A stretch of 64,000 bases of DNA from an uncultured bacterium (GCA_964434115.1 CAYSSX010000005.1:31063-95062), one strand, 5' to 3'; shown: positions 48,621 to 60,926, numbered from the stretch's first letter. A program made the numbers and translations. Notes: generated from the sequence alone by a model not told the origin.

Positions 48621-49505
48621 GTGTCAGGTCAGCTCAGAGAACTTAAAAACCGCATTCGCAGCGTTGAGAGCACGAAAAAAATCACGCGCGCGATGGAAAT
48701 GGTGGCAGCCGCGAAGCTCCACCGTTTTCAAGGCATGATGAACAGCGCCCGTCCTTATACGGAAGCGCTTGAAAATCAGGTGAAACGGCTTTTCCAGACC
48801 CAAGGCTCCTCGGCCGGGGGCGATGTTCTTCACCCGTTCTTTCAGGAGCGCGCGCCGAAAAGAATCGCGGTCGTGATCATGACTTCGGACACCGGCCTTT
48901 GCGGTTCATACAACAATGACCTCGCCAACCTGGCAAAAAGTTTTCTGCAGGAACAGTCCGCGGCCAGCGAACCGGTGTTTATCGGCGTGGGAAAGTCCGG
49001 GATCTCCGCGCTTCAGCGTGAGGGTTATGATTTTACGGCAACCTTTACGGACCTTCGCGCCAGCCGGGTAGAAGAAGTGCTCAAAGGTTTCAAGGAAACG
49101 CTTGAAGAACTCTACGTTTCCAAAAAGGTGGATGCGATCTACGTTGTTTACGATCACTTCCTGACCCTCAGCACTTATGAGGGCGTCGTGGAAAAAATCC
49201 TGCCCCTTGAGAAGCCAAAAGGCGGCAGCGCGGGACCTGAGGTGCCATATATTTTTGAACCGGATCCGGCCGCGATTTTCAGCCGCATCGTCCCCCTCTA
49301 TTTTGAAGCCAAGACGCGCATGATTCTGCTTGAGGCCCTGGTTTCTGAACAGGTGGCCCGCATGCAGGCCATGCATTTGGCCACGGAAAATGCGAAGGAA
49401 ATGATCGATTCTCTTGTGCTTCTGCGCAACAAGGCGCGTCAGGCATCGATCACCAAAGAAATTATCGAAATCGTTTCGGGCTCATTGGCCCTGAAAGTAA
49501 AATAA
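48621..49505 (+). CDS. atpG: F-type ATP synthase F1 subunit gamma
   Basis: 294 aa with N- and C-terminal coiled-coil helices. Confidence 0.9.
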   Translation: MSGQLRELKNRIRSVESTKKITRAMEMVAAAKLHRFQGMMNSARPYTEALENQVKRLFQTQGSSAGGDVLHPFFQERAPKRIAVVIMTSDTGLCGSYNNDLANLAKSFLQEQSAASEPVFIGVGKSGISALQREGYDFTATFTDLRASRVEEVLKGFKETLEELYVSKKVDAIYVVYDHFLTLSTYEGVVEKILPLEKPKGGSAGPEVPYIFEPDPAAIFSRIVPLYFEAKTRMILLEALVSEQVARMQAMHLATENAKEMIDSLVLLRNKARQASITKEIIEIVSGSLALKVK

Positions 49506-49541
49506 CTTTGCTTACGGGTTTTAAATAAACCCTTTGAGTGA

Positions 49542-50975
<1,434 letters not shown>

Positions 50976-50997
50976 GCGGCTTTAAGAGACCCTGTTT

Positions 50998-51270
50998 ATG
51001 GCCAGCACCTATCAACTGCAAGTCATCACTCCTCAGGGCGTCGCCTATGAGGGCGCTGTGGTTCACGCGCGGGTACCCGGTGAGAATGGTTTTGTCGGGG
51101 TTCTGGCCAATCACGCCCCTCTCATTACATCTTCTAAGGGCGGGCGTCTTGAACTTCGTGAAAAAAACGGAACTGAAAAAGTATTCGAAGTCGGTGCAGG
51201 CTTTTTTGAAGTCAAACGTAACCAGGCTGTCTTCATAACTCAAATGTTTGCCCCCGCCAGCTCAAACTGA
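50998..51270 (+). CDS. atpC: F-type ATP synthase F1 subunit epsilon (short form)
   Basis: 90-aa beta-sandwich N-domain only. The C-terminal helical hairpin is absent. Confidence 0.8.
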   Translation: MASTYQLQVITPQGVAYEGAVVHARVPGENGFVGVLANHAPLITSSKGGRLELREKNGTEKVFEVGAGFFEVKRNQAVFITQMFAPASSN

Positions 51271-51282
51271 TCGTTTGGTTCT

Positions 51283-51777
51283 ATGGAAGCTGTTCTGTTC
51301 TATTTTTCTTCGGCCTTGGCGATTATAAGTTCGCTACTGGTCATCTTTTTGCCTAAGCCTACCCGCGCGCTTCTCGCGCTGATCGTGGCCATGACCGCGA
51401 TTTCCGTTCTGCACCTTCTGTTGGGCGCCTATTTCCTGGCCATAGCGCAGATCATTGTCTATGCCGGCGCCGTGCTTGTTCTCTTCCTCTTCGTGATCAT
51501 GCTGCAGGGCATTGCGGCAAAAGACATGCCCTTATGGAAGCGCTTTGGGCCCGTTTTTCCGGTGGCCTCCGCACTGACCGTGCTGATGCTGCTGGCCTTT
51601 ATCACAAGAATTACGGGCGGCTTTTCAGCGCCTGCTGTTCAAGGGGTTCTCGGAGACATCCGCTCGGTCGGAATCTCCCTTTTCAGAAATTTCCTGCTGC
51701 CCTTTGAGTTAACTTCCATTCTTCTTCTGCTCAGCATCTTTGCCGCCGTGACCCTGGCCAAAAAGGATGATCTATGA
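51283..51777 (+). CDS. nuoJ: NADH-quinone oxidoreductase subunit J
   Basis: 164 aa with five transmembrane helices. The sequence LLGAYFLAIAQIIVYAGAVLVLFLFVIML is typical of ND6. Confidence 0.8.
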   Translation: MEAVLFYFSSALAIISSLLVIFLPKPTRALLALIVAMTAISVLHLLLGAYFLAIAQIIVYAGAVLVLFLFVIMLQGIAAKDMPLWKRFGPVFPVASALTVLMLLAFITRITGGFSAPAVQGVLGDIRSVGISLFRNFLLPFELTSILLLLSIFAAVTLAKKDDL

Positions 51778-52076
51778 TTCCTATCACCCATTACCTTGCC
51801 GTGGGCGCCATTCTTTTTGTCATTGGTCTTTTGGGCCTGCTTTTGCGGCGCAACCTCCTCTTGATCCTTTTATCTATCGAACTCATGCTGAACGCGGCGA
51901 ATCTTAATTTTATTGCGGGCGCGGCGCTTCACGGAGATGTCGGAGGGCAGGTCACGGCTTTCTTTGTCATGGTTCTTGCGGCGGCGGAAATCACCATTGG
52001 TTTGGCCATCGCGGTCCTTCTTTTCAGAAAGCAGGATTCGGTCGACACGCAGGAAATTTCGTTCCTTAAAGGCTGA
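51774..52076 (+). CDS. nuoK: NADH-quinone oxidoreductase subunit K
   Basis: 100 aa with three transmembrane helices and the conserved Glu-containing helices (SIELMLNAANLNF). Confidence 0.85.
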   Translation: MIPITHYLAVGAILFVIGLLGLLLRRNLLLILLSIELMLNAANLNFIAGAALHGDVGGQVTAFFVMVLAAAEITIGLAIAVLLFRKQDSVDTQEISFLKG

Positions 52077-52113
52077 TTTTTAAACCGATTCACCGGAGAA
52101 TTTTTAACGCTTC

Positions 52114-54030
52114 ATGATTCTTACTTTGACGTGGATTATTTTCTTTCTGCCTTTTGTGATGGCCCTGATTTTGGGCTATGGCCTGCCTAAATCCTCCAAG
52201 CTCGCGGGCGCTCTTGGAACCGGCGCGATGTTTGCGGCCTTTCTTCTTTCCTGCGCGCTCCTGCCTCAGTACGACGCGCTGAAGCACCAAGGCCAGACGC
52301 TTCTGGAATCTTCCCTGCCGTGGATCCATGCGGGGAACCTGTCCATTGACTTCGGAATCTATGTCAACGGCCTGACGCTTCTGATGCTTCTTGTGGTTAC
52401 CGGCATCGGCACCCTGGTTTTTTTGTTTTCCACTTCTTATATGGCAGGCGACCCCGGCTACAACCGTTACTTTGCCTGCCTTTCCCTGTTCAGCTTTTCC
52501 ATGCTTGGGATCGTGCTCGCAAACAACCTGATCCAGATTTTCATCTTCTGGGAATTGGTCGGTCTCAGCTCTTACCTGCTCATCGGATTTTGGTATGAGA
52601 AAAAAGAAGCCAGCACCGCGGGTAAAAAAGCCTTTATGACCACGCGCGTCGGGGATGTCGGAATGATGCTGGGCATTCTCGGGCTCTACGGATTTCTTGC
52701 GGCTAAAGGGGTTGAGAGTTTCAATTTCACGGTCATTGCTTCTCACCTCCCCTCGCTCGGAATTTCTTCTTTCTGGATGACCCTGATTACGGCCGGGCTT
52801 TTTCTCGGTGCTGTCGGCAAATCCGCGCAAGTGCCGCTTCACGTCTGGCTTCCGGATGCCATGGAAGGCCCGACACCGGTCAGCGCTCTCATCCACGCGG
52901 CGACCATGGTCGCGGCCGGTATCTTCATGATTGTCCGGCTTTATTTTATTTTTGAGCTGTCCCCGGAAACACTCCGGATCATTGCCTGGACCGGAGGCCT
53001 TACAGCCTTTCTCGCGGCGACGATTGCCTTGGTGCAAACCGACATCAAAAAGGTGCTCGCCTACTCCACCCTGAGTCAGCTGGGTTACATGGTGCTTGCG
53101 CTCGGGCTTGCCAGTCCCGAAGCGGGAATGTTTCATCTCACCACCCATGCCTTTTTCAAGGCTTTGCTTTTTCTTGGCGCCGGGTCCTTGATTCACGCGC
53201 TTCACACCCAGGACATCCGGGAAATGGGCAGCAAGATTGACGCTGAAGGCGGCCGCTTTCAGCTCTTCAAAAAAATGCCCTGGACCAGCCTGACTTTTTT
53301 AATCGGTACCCTTGCGCTGATTGGCATTCCGCCGCTCAGCGGTTTTTACAGCAAGGAAGAAATTCTGACCGCGGCCTCTCATGGCCCCAAAATCCTTTTC
53401 ATGCTTTCCCTGACCACCGTTTTTCTGACCGCGTTTTACAACGGACGTCTTTTTACCCTTGTCTTTCTTCCCGCGCGCCGTGATGCCGGCCATGCCGCGG
53501 CCGCGCACGCTCACGGGATACACGAAAGTGACCTGAGAATGCTTGTGCCGCTTCTGACTTTGGCCGTTCTCACCGTGATCGGCGGGTTTCTTCCCATCCG
53601 CACTTTACTCAATCTGCCCCACGCGGGCGAGCATGCCGCGCATGGGTTCGGAAGCTTGGCCGTTACTTCCATTGCCCTTGCGGCCGCGGGCTTTCTGCTG
53701 GCTTTGGGTCTTTACTTCAAACGTTCAAAAAGCCTTCGCACCGCGGCCGGGTTTCTCGCCGCACCAGCCTCCGTGCTGGACCGGAAATACTTTTTCGATG
53801 ATGCTTACGATGCGCTGGTCCGGTATGGCCAGAATTCGGCCGGGCGTTTGGCCGACCTCATTGAGCGTTACGCCTTTGTGGAGTGGTCCCTGAACGGTTT
53901 AGGCCGTTTGATCCGCACCATGGGGGATACGGTCCGGAAGCTCCAAACCGGCGCGGTTCAGTTTTACGCTTTTGTTTTCACGATTGGCGTGACAGTCATT
54001 GTTTATTTTTTTATTGCGGCAAAAATTTAA
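52114..54030 (+). CDS. nuoL: NADH-quinone oxidoreductase subunit L
   Basis: 638-aa antiporter-like subunit. The long C-terminal extension matches the L-specific lateral helix. Confidence 0.9.
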   Translation: MILTLTWIIFFLPFVMALILGYGLPKSSKLAGALGTGAMFAAFLLSCALLPQYDALKHQGQTLLESSLPWIHAGNLSIDFGIYVNGLTLLMLLVVTGIGTLVFLFSTSYMAGDPGYNRYFACLSLFSFSMLGIVLANNLIQIFIFWELVGLSSYLLIGFWYEKKEASTAGKKAFMTTRVGDVGMMLGILGLYGFLAAKGVESFNFTVIASHLPSLGISSFWMTLITAGLFLGAVGKSAQVPLHVWLPDAMEGPTPVSALIHAATMVAAGIFMIVRLYFIFELSPETLRIIAWTGGLTAFLAATIALVQTDIKKVLAYSTLSQLGYMVLALGLASPEAGMFHLTTHAFFKALLFLGAGSLIHALHTQDIREMGSKIDAEGGRFQLFKKMPWTSLTFLIGTLALIGIPPLSGFYSKEEILTAASHGPKILFMLSLTTVFLTAFYNGRLFTLVFLPARRDAGHAAAAHAHGIHESDLRMLVPLLTLAVLTVIGGFLPIRTLLNLPHAGEHAAHGFGSLAVTSIALAAAGFLLALGLYFKRSKSLRTAAGFLAAPASVLDRKYFFDDAYDALVRYGQNSAGRLADLIERYAFVEWSLNGLGRLIRTMGDTVRKLQTGAVQFYAFVFTIGVTVIVYFFIAAKI

Positions 54031-54063
54031 TTTTTCAAATCGGGAAATTTTTTAGGTTCTAAA

Positions 54064-55512
54064 ATGATTCTGACACTTCCCTGGATTTCCATGCTGGCGG
54101 CTTTCGCGATGCTCTTTATCCCGAAAGAAAATGAACGCCTGCTAAAATCCCTGACCCTTGCAAGCTGCACAGTCTCATCGCTGATCGTGCTGGCTTTGAC
54201 TTTTCAATTTGTCCCGGCGCAAGCGGGTTATCAGTTCGTTCACCGCTTTGAATGGCTCCCGTCCCTTGGTATTCATTATCAGGTGGGGCTCGACGGCCTT
54301 AACCTGACGATGTGCCTTCTGAATGCGATTGTCTCGCTGGCCGGCGCTTTCCTTTCCTGCTCATCCAAAGACCGGCTCAAAACTTATCTGATCTTCTACC
54401 TGATTCTCACGGGAGCGCTTTATGGAGTACTCACATCCCTGAATATTTTTTTCCTTTATTTGTTCTATGAAACCACGGTGATCGCGGTTTACCCCTTGAT
54501 CGCGGTTTGGGGCAGCGGCAAGAAAGAATACGCGGCCCTTAACATGGCCATCTTTACGGCTACGGGTGCCGTGATCGCGCTTTACGGTCTTCTTATGCTC
54601 TATCATCAGGCCGGGTCTCAAATCTTCGACCTTGTCTGGCTTCGTGAGAACGCGGCGTCCCTTCACCTTTCGGGAGATCTTCAAAAGCATGTGATTCCCT
54701 TTTTAATCATTGGCTTCGGAATTATCTCCTCCCTTTGGCCTTTTCACAGCTGGGCGCCTTCAGGGTATGCCTCGGCCCCCGCTTCCGCGGCCATGCTGCA
54801 CGCGGGCGTGAAGGTCGGCCCTTATCTCATCCTGCGCTTTGTAATCCCCTTTCTTCCTGAAGGCTTCAAGGCGTCAGCAGAGTGTCTTGCGGTTCTGGCC
54901 GTGATCGGAATTTTGTACGCAGGCTACGCGGCCCTTCACCAGAAAGAGACCGGATGGATGCTTGGGTTCTCCGGGGTCTCTCATTTGGGTTATGTTTTTC
55001 TGGGCCTTTCGGCTTTAAACGCCACGGCTGTTTCGGGCGCTGTCCTTTTAATTTTCTCGCATGGTCTCTTGACCGCGTGCCTTTTCGGTCTTAACGGGAT
55101 TCTCTATGAACAAACCCATAAGCGCGGCATTTCGGACTATGGCGGCCTTGCCAAAACCGCCCCTTTCCTGAGTGTCTGCCTGATTATGGCTTCCATGGCC
55201 TCGCTCGGCATGCCGGGCTTCGCGAATTTCGCCTCCGAGGTTTTGATTTTCATCGGAACCTGGCGCACCTTTCCCCTGCTTACGGGACTGGCTGTCTTTG
55301 GCCTTCTGGTCACATCCCTTTATCTTCTGCGCATGATTCAAAACATCTGTTACGGACCCGTCAATCCTGCGTTAGCCAAATTTAAAGATGCTTCAACCTG
55401 GACAGAGCGTTTCCCTTTTCTCCTTCTCTTGGCGGGCCTGCTTCTTTTTGGATTGTGGCCGCACGGGCTTTTGCAATTCATTGAACCGGCCGTAGGAGCC
55501 ATCCTGTCATGA
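54064..55512 (+). CDS. nuoM: NADH-quinone oxidoreductase subunit M
   Basis: 482-aa antiporter-like subunit. Confidence 0.85.
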   Translation: MILTLPWISMLAAFAMLFIPKENERLLKSLTLASCTVSSLIVLALTFQFVPAQAGYQFVHRFEWLPSLGIHYQVGLDGLNLTMCLLNAIVSLAGAFLSCSSKDRLKTYLIFYLILTGALYGVLTSLNIFFLYLFYETTVIAVYPLIAVWGSGKKEYAALNMAIFTATGAVIALYGLLMLYHQAGSQIFDLVWLRENAASLHLSGDLQKHVIPFLIIGFGIISSLWPFHSWAPSGYASAPASAAMLHAGVKVGPYLILRFVIPFLPEGFKASAECLAVLAVIGILYAGYAALHQKETGWMLGFSGVSHLGYVFLGLSALNATAVSGAVLLIFSHGLLTACLFGLNGILYEQTHKRGISDYGGLAKTAPFLSVCLIMASMASLGMPGFANFASEVLIFIGTWRTFPLLTGLAVFGLLVTSLYLLRMIQNICYGPVNPALAKFKDASTWTERFPFLLLLAGLLLFGLWPHGLLQFIEPAVGAILS

Positions 55513-56930
55513 ACTTCTCTCTGATGATTCCCGAGTTTTCAGTGCTGGCCGTCCTTCTCGTCCTCTTGGTTGGAGAGTTATTTGTAAAGGATTTTTCAAA
55601 GCGCTTTTCAGCGCTTGCCGCGATGGGCGGAGCGTTTTTTGTTCTGGCTTCTATTTTGTTGAGCGCGGGAAATCAAGGGACCACTTTTGGCGGGACTTTC
55701 CGGAGTGATGCCTTCAGCATTTTCTTCAAAACCTTTTTCATTCTGGCCATTATCCCGGTCATTCAGATGAGCGTGGATTTTTTCGGCGCCAGGCTCAAAC
55801 ACCCGGGGGAGTTTTTCCTGATCCTCTGGAGCTCGCTTTTCGGTTTCTTCTTCCTCGCTTCGGCCCATGATTTCCTTTTGCTTTTCATCGCGTTGGAAAT
55901 CGTCACCCTTTCTTTTTACATCATGGCCGCGTATCTCAAGAAGGACCTCTTTTCCATTGAAGCGGGTTTGAAATACCTGATTCTCGGCTCGTTGTCCTCG
56001 GCCTTCTTTATTTATGGCATCAGCCTTCTTTATTTCGCGTCAGGCTCCACCTCTTTCGCGGGAGTCCATCAGTTCTTTCAAGCTGCCCCGGGCAGCAAAA
56101 TGATGCTCCTGGGCCTCATCATGATCCTTGCGGGCGCGGGTTTCAAAGCCGCGGCAGCTCCCTTTCAGCTTTGGGTCGCGGATGTCTACGAAGGCGCGCC
56201 GGCTCCGGTCGTTTCCTTTCTTTCCGTTGCCTCCAAAGCCGCGGGATTCGTGATCGCGCTGAAAGTTTTGTTTTTAGTGTTTCCGGCGTTTGACGTGGGG
56301 CGCACGATTTTGTTTTCCGTGCTCGCGGCTCTGACCCTCGTTTATGGAAACCTTGGGGCCGTGCTTCAAACCAACGTCAAACGCCTCTTCGGTTACTCAA
56401 GCATCAGTCATGCGGGATATCTTTTGATGGGCCTTGCGGCAGGAAGCATCCGAGGAACAGAGTCCCTGATTTTTTATCTCATGGCCTATGGCGTCAGCAA
56501 TCTCGCGGCCTTCATGGCCATTACGATTGCCGGTCAAGCCCTTGGGTCAGACCGGATCGATGCTTACCGCGGGCTTGCAAAGCGTTCCCCTTTTCTCGCG
56601 GGCGTTCTTTTCTTGTCTCTTTTCTCGCTGGCAGGGATTCCTCCGCTGGCCGGATTCTTCGGAAAGTTTCTGATCCTGCTCTCGGCCATGGAAAAAGATT
56701 TAACGGCATTGACCCTGCTTGCCGCACTGGCTGTGGCCGTGTCTTTGTTTTATTACCTCAATATTGTACGGAAAATGTACGCGGAAGAATCTTTCGTGGA
56801 AACACCGATTCAAATCTCCAGAACCTCGCAGCTCATGATGGCCGCCCTCTCGGCCGGAATCATTATCCTCGGCTTGTGGCAGGCGCCTTTCCTCGGCTTT
56901 GCCCACCAGGCCGTCAGCACGCTGTTCTAA
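55509..56930 (+). CDS. nuoN: NADH-quinone oxidoreductase subunit N
   Basis: 473-aa antiporter-like subunit, with a start overlapping the nuoM stop. Confidence 0.85.
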   Translation: MNFSLMIPEFSVLAVLLVLLVGELFVKDFSKRFSALAAMGGAFFVLASILLSAGNQGTTFGGTFRSDAFSIFFKTFFILAIIPVIQMSVDFFGARLKHPGEFFLILWSSLFGFFFLASAHDFLLLFIALEIVTLSFYIMAAYLKKDLFSIEAGLKYLILGSLSSAFFIYGISLLYFASGSTSFAGVHQFFQAAPGSKMMLLGLIMILAGAGFKAAAAPFQLWVADVYEGAPAPVVSFLSVASKAAGFVIALKVLFLVFPAFDVGRTILFSVLAALTLVYGNLGAVLQTNVKRLFGYSSISHAGYLLMGLAAGSIRGTESLIFYLMAYGVSNLAAFMAITIAGQALGSDRIDAYRGLAKRSPFLAGVLFLSLFSLAGIPPLAGFFGKFLILLSAMEKDLTALTLLAALAVAVSLFYYLNIVRKMYAEESFVETPIQISRTSQLMMAALSAGIIILGLWQAPFLGFAHQAVSTLF

Positions 56931-57021
56931 AAATTTTCTTTCCTGCACCGGAATTCAGCTCAAATACTTTCACGCATAGACAGACGAATCCCTTTTTCTT
57001 TTTAATCAAAACCGGATGGTT

Positions 57022-57576
57022 TTAGTTTGATCCGGGCGGAGGGACTTGCGAATACTGCGGATTGGGGTTCAAAAGTTCCCGGATGTCGAGAACCATCTGC
57101 TTGCGGCTATAGGCGGAAGTATCAATGATCTGAGTGTCCATGCGGATGGCATCTTCGGGACAGGCTTCAACACAAAATCCGCAGTAAACACATTTCCCCA
57201 GATCAATGTCAAAACTGGCCGGACGTTTTTCAATCGTCGGATCCGGATGCTCTTCGGCCACAATCGTAATACATCGGGCGGGACAAACGGTCTCGCACAT
57301 CATGCAGGCCACACATCGCGTAGAGCCATCAGCACGCTTCATCAAACGGTGCCGGGTCCTGGAACGCTTGGCCATGGGACGGCGGTGCTCAGGATACATA
57401 ATCGTGACCGCGGCCTGGATTCCCTTAAAGAGTCCCAGCGTATGCATGGTGTGGAAGAAAAGATTCCGCCAAAAATGGCCGCCGGTAATAAGGACGCCCT
57501 TAAATACTTCCGACAGGTACATCTTCTGCCAGAAATTAAGTTTGGGCCTTTCCATGATTTTGGTTTTAATAGGCAT
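57022..57576 (-). CDS. nuoI: NADH-quinone oxidoreductase subunit I-like 2x[4Fe-4S] ferredoxin
   Basis: Two ferredoxin-type Cys clusters, CVACMMCETVCP and CVYCGFCVEACP, plus an N-terminal amphipathic region typical of NuoI. Confidence 0.75.
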   Translation of the reverse strand: MPIKTKIMERPKLNFWQKMYLSEVFKGVLITGGHFWRNLFFHTMHTLGLFKGIQAAVTIMYPEHRRPMAKRSRTRHRLMKRADGSTRCVACMMCETVCPARCITIVAEEHPDPTIEKRPASFDIDLGKCVYCGFCVEACPEDAIRMDTQIIDTSAYSRKQMVLDIRELLNPNPQYSQVPPPGSN

Positions 57577-57630
57577 GGCTTTGTTTTCCTTTAAAAAGAG
57601 GCTGTACTATAGCCCTTTTCAGGGCTTTTT

Positions 57631-59346
57631 TCAATCCGGCTTCTTGGAGACCAGGTAGTCACCGATCGCAAGATACTTAAGGCCGCTGCCTTCAAACATC
57701 CGCAGGGCATCGGCCGGAGAACAGACCATCGGCTCGCCTCTGCGGTTAAGCGATGTGTTAATGACCAGCGGGACCCCGGAAAGTTTATAAAATTTAGTGA
57801 TCAATTCATGGAAGCGCGGATTGTGCTCGCGGCTGACGTACTGAGGCCGGGCCGTTCCGTCTACGTGAACGATTTCAGGAACCTTGGTTTTCCACTCTTC
57901 GCGGACGTTGAAACAAAAGGTCATGAAGGGTGAGTTGTGCCGGGTATCCATAATTTTATCGCCGTGCTCTTCCAGAACGGAAGGGCAAAAGGGACGCCAG
58001 TTTTCGCGGAACTTGATGATTTCATTGATGCGGTCGGCCGTGCCTTTAACAGTCGGGTTTCCCAAAATACTCCGGTTGCCCAGGGCACGCGGACCCCATT
58101 CCATGGGTCCCTGAAACCAGGCCACGATCTCTCCCTTATCCAGAATCCGGCTCGCGGTATCCGTGATCGATTCCTCGCGGGTAAAAGAATGCCCGCTTTT
58201 ACTAAAAACGGTTTCGATTTCCTGCGCCGAATAACTCGGCCCGTAATACGCATGCCGCATGGGCTGGATCTTGTCGCCCGCCTGATGCGCCACCCATGCC
58301 GCAGCGCCAATGGGAAGGCCGGCATCGCTCGAAGCGGGCTGAACCCAAAGCTCTGAGACCTTGGGGTGCGCGATGATCCGCTGATTCAATTTCACATTCA
58401 GGGCGCAGCCTCCTGCGAAACAAAGCCTTCCGCCGGCCCGCTCAAGCGCTTCGCTCAGATAATCATCGATCAGCCGGAGCGTGATATCTTCAAATTTTTT
58501 CTGTGTGGCCGCGGCAATATGAATGTAGGGTTCGTTCAGCTCATCACCTTCACGCGGCGGTCCGAAGCGCTCCACCATGGCTTTTGAAAACCACTTCTCC
58601 GGTTGATACCGGTTGCGGCGGATGGCGTAAATGTAGTCATCGTTCACACGGTAGGTCTTGTTTTTATAGCTCACCAGGTCATCCAGATTAAATTTTGACG
58701 GGTCGCCGTAAGGCGCCATGCCCATGACCTTATACTCGCCGTCATCATGCTCAAACCCCAGGTAGTCGGTCATGGTCGCGTAAAAAAATCCGAGCGAATC
58801 GGGAACACAGAATTCTTTCAAGATGTGAATTTTTCCCTGCTTGTCAAAATACCCGAGCATCGTTGCTGTAAATTCACCGGAACCGTCCATCGTGATGAAC
58901 GCGGATTCCGGGAATCCCGAAAAATAAAAGGCCGACGCCGCATGCGCGACATGGTGCTCAACGTCATGGATCTGGACTTTATCAGGCTCAATACCCGCGC
59001 TTTTCAAAACCTTGCGCGGGACTTCGCGGAAGTTTTCATTCCGGCTTTTGGATTTCACGAGGGCTTTCAAGGCTTGGGCCGGCCGGCTCTGGAAGGACCG
59101 CAGAAAATAACCCCATTTGTGCCGGTCATAGGCCGCGGGCGAGGACGGATGGGCCACGGTCTGAATGTCTGACAGCCGGAGACCGGCCTGCTTGAGGCAG
59201 AAACGGATCGCATTAACCGGATACTCCCCGGTGGCGTGCTTATTCCGGCTAAAGCGCTCTTCTTCGGCCGCGGCAATAAGCTTCCCATCAACCATAATGC
59301 AGGCTGCGGGGTCATGATGCAGGTTACCAATACCTAAAACGATCAA
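57631..59346 (-). CDS. carbamoyltransferase (NodU/CmcH/TobZ family)
   Basis: N-terminal ILGIGNLHHDPAACIMVDGKLIAAAEEERFSR motif. 571 aa. Confidence 0.8.
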   Translation of the reverse strand: MIVLGIGNLHHDPAACIMVDGKLIAAAEEERFSRNKHATGEYPVNAIRFCLKQAGLRLSDIQTVAHPSSPAAYDRHKWGYFLRSFQSRPAQALKALVKSKSRNENFREVPRKVLKSAGIEPDKVQIHDVEHHVAHAASAFYFSGFPESAFITMDGSGEFTATMLGYFDKQGKIHILKEFCVPDSLGFFYATMTDYLGFEHDDGEYKVMGMAPYGDPSKFNLDDLVSYKNKTYRVNDDYIYAIRRNRYQPEKWFSKAMVERFGPPREGDELNEPYIHIAAATQKKFEDITLRLIDDYLSEALERAGGRLCFAGGCALNVKLNQRIIAHPKVSELWVQPASSDAGLPIGAAAWVAHQAGDKIQPMRHAYYGPSYSAQEIETVFSKSGHSFTREESITDTASRILDKGEIVAWFQGPMEWGPRALGNRSILGNPTVKGTADRINEIIKFRENWRPFCPSVLEEHGDKIMDTRHNSPFMTFCFNVREEWKTKVPEIVHVDGTARPQYVSREHNPRFHELITKFYKLSGVPLVINTSLNRRGEPMVCSPADALRMFEGSGLKYLAIGDYLVSKKPD

Positions 59347-59433
59347 AAAAAATCTCCTCTAAAAGGGGGGCGGAAAAGGCGCTATTGTATCGTTTTTCAG
59401 GTCGGATGACGAGCCTAAACCTTCGCCGCGGCT

Positions 59434-60117
59434 TTATTTGAAGGGGGTCTTAAAATTCCGGAGCCAGGCGCAGTATTCGCAGGTGGTTTTTGACGGCGGA
59501 AGGGGTTCTGACAGCTGTTTAACGGCCTGCCTCATAAGATCTCGGGCACGCCCGGTATCAATCGGAATCTTAATGGGCTGGACCTCAAAACGGATTTGCC
59601 GGACCTCTAAAAGATCCTTGGGTGAAAAATAAAGCAAATACCCAAACCCGGCCGTCTCAAGCCCCTGGGCCTCCAAAATAAGCGCGTAACAATCCAGCTG
59701 GTTTTGATAGTACTTGATGGCCGATTCTTCGGTTGCCGGCGAGCCTTTAGTCTTGTAATCAAAGGGAACATAGCGGCCCTCAAAGGTCATCAGGTCATCC
59801 AAGGCTCCGGAAAGAACCGTTCCATCCGTGTCGCGGAATTCCGGACCGGTTTTCCAGCTCCGCCACAAATCCAATTGCTTCTGATCCTGAAAAAGAGCAA
59901 GCCCCGCCAGTTCGGGACGGTCAAGGCCTGGCGGAAGCGAGGCTTTGGCGCGGTGTTGATCAAAATAAGTTTTGATCACCCGGTCCATGCCGCTGGGAAG
60001 AGAAGGAAAAATACCGCGCGGTCTTTTGATGTTTTTGTTTTTTTCGAGCCAAAAGCAGCGCGGGCAATCCACAAAAAGATTTAACGCTGAGGGTGAAAGT
60101 TTGAGACTGCTCATCAC
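59434..60117 (-). CDS. Cys-cluster PD-(D/E)XK nuclease, paralogue of island gene 26775-27542
   Basis: Same architecture as the island nuclease: N-terminal CPRCFWL, GALDD...FDYKTKG core, and C-terminal CEYCAW. Confidence 0.5.
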   Translation of the reverse strand: MMSSLKLSPSALNLFVDCPRCFWLEKNKNIKRPRGIFPSLPSGMDRVIKTYFDQHRAKASLPPGLDRPELAGLALFQDQKQLDLWRSWKTGPEFRDTDGTVLSGALDDLMTFEGRYVPFDYKTKGSPATEESAIKYYQNQLDCYALILEAQGLETAGFGYLLYFSPKDLLEVRQIRFEVQPIKIPIDTGRARDLMRQAVKQLSEPLPPSKTTCEYCAWLRNFKTPFK

Positions 60118-60917
60118 TACTTCTCCGCCCGCCCAGCCTGAAGGGCGTAAACAATTTTCGGAATAAGCCAGCGCGGCGACAAGCGGGTGGAAAAAGCGAG
60201 AATTTTATTGAGCAAGCCTGGAATGATCACGCGTTTTCCTTTTTTCATCCCGTGAACTCCCGCCTTGGCGACCTTCAAGGGATCCATACTGAAACGCTTG
60301 AATAGCTCGACATGGCCCATCCCCGCCCGCTCCTGAAACTCCGAATGCGTCGGTCCTGGACAGAGCGTTGAAACCTTAACTCCAGAGCCGCGCAACTCCT
60401 CCGCAACAGCTTCGCTGAACATAAGCACATAGGCCTTGGACGCGTAATAAGCCGCCATCAGCGGACCCGGCTGAAACGCGGCGGTGGAGGCCACGTTCAA
60501 AATCCGGCCGTACCCGGCCGAGCGCATGCCCGGGATAAAAAATCTCGTTAATTCCGTCAGGGATTCGATGTTCAGACGGAGCATGCCCGTAATTCGAGCG
60601 GGATCCATTTCATCAAAGCGACCATGCAGACCGTGTCCCGCATTGTTGATCAGCCAGCTGACCGGGTACCCTTGGCTCACCACTTCCTCATAAAGGCTTT
60701 TCGCGGACCCGGGCAGTGAAAGGTCCCGGACCAGAATATGGATCTTCACGCCTTCTTTTTCAAGTTCCCGGGCGACTTCATTCAGTTTCTCCACGGATCG
60801 CGCCACCAGAACAAGGTCATGACCTTCGCGGGCCAGAACACGGGCCATTTCAAGTCCGATTCCAAACGAAGCGCCTGTCACCAGCGCGGTTTCTTTTATT
60901 TTTGTCTTTGCCTTCAC
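60117..60917 (-). CDS. short-chain dehydrogenase/reductase (SDR)
   Basis: TGASFGIG cofactor-binding motif and the YxxxK active site (YYASK). Confidence 0.8.
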   Translation of the reverse strand: MKAKTKIKETALVTGASFGIGLEMARVLAREGHDLVLVARSVEKLNEVARELEKEGVKIHILVRDLSLPGSAKSLYEEVVSQGYPVSWLINNAGHGLHGRFDEMDPARITGMLRLNIESLTELTRFFIPGMRSAGYGRILNVASTAAFQPGPLMAAYYASKAYVLMFSEAVAEELRGSGVKVSTLCPGPTHSEFQERAGMGHVELFKRFSMDPLKVAKAGVHGMKKGKRVIIPGLLNKILAFSTRLSPRWLIPKIVYALQAGRAEK

Positions 60918-60926
60918 ACGGACCCC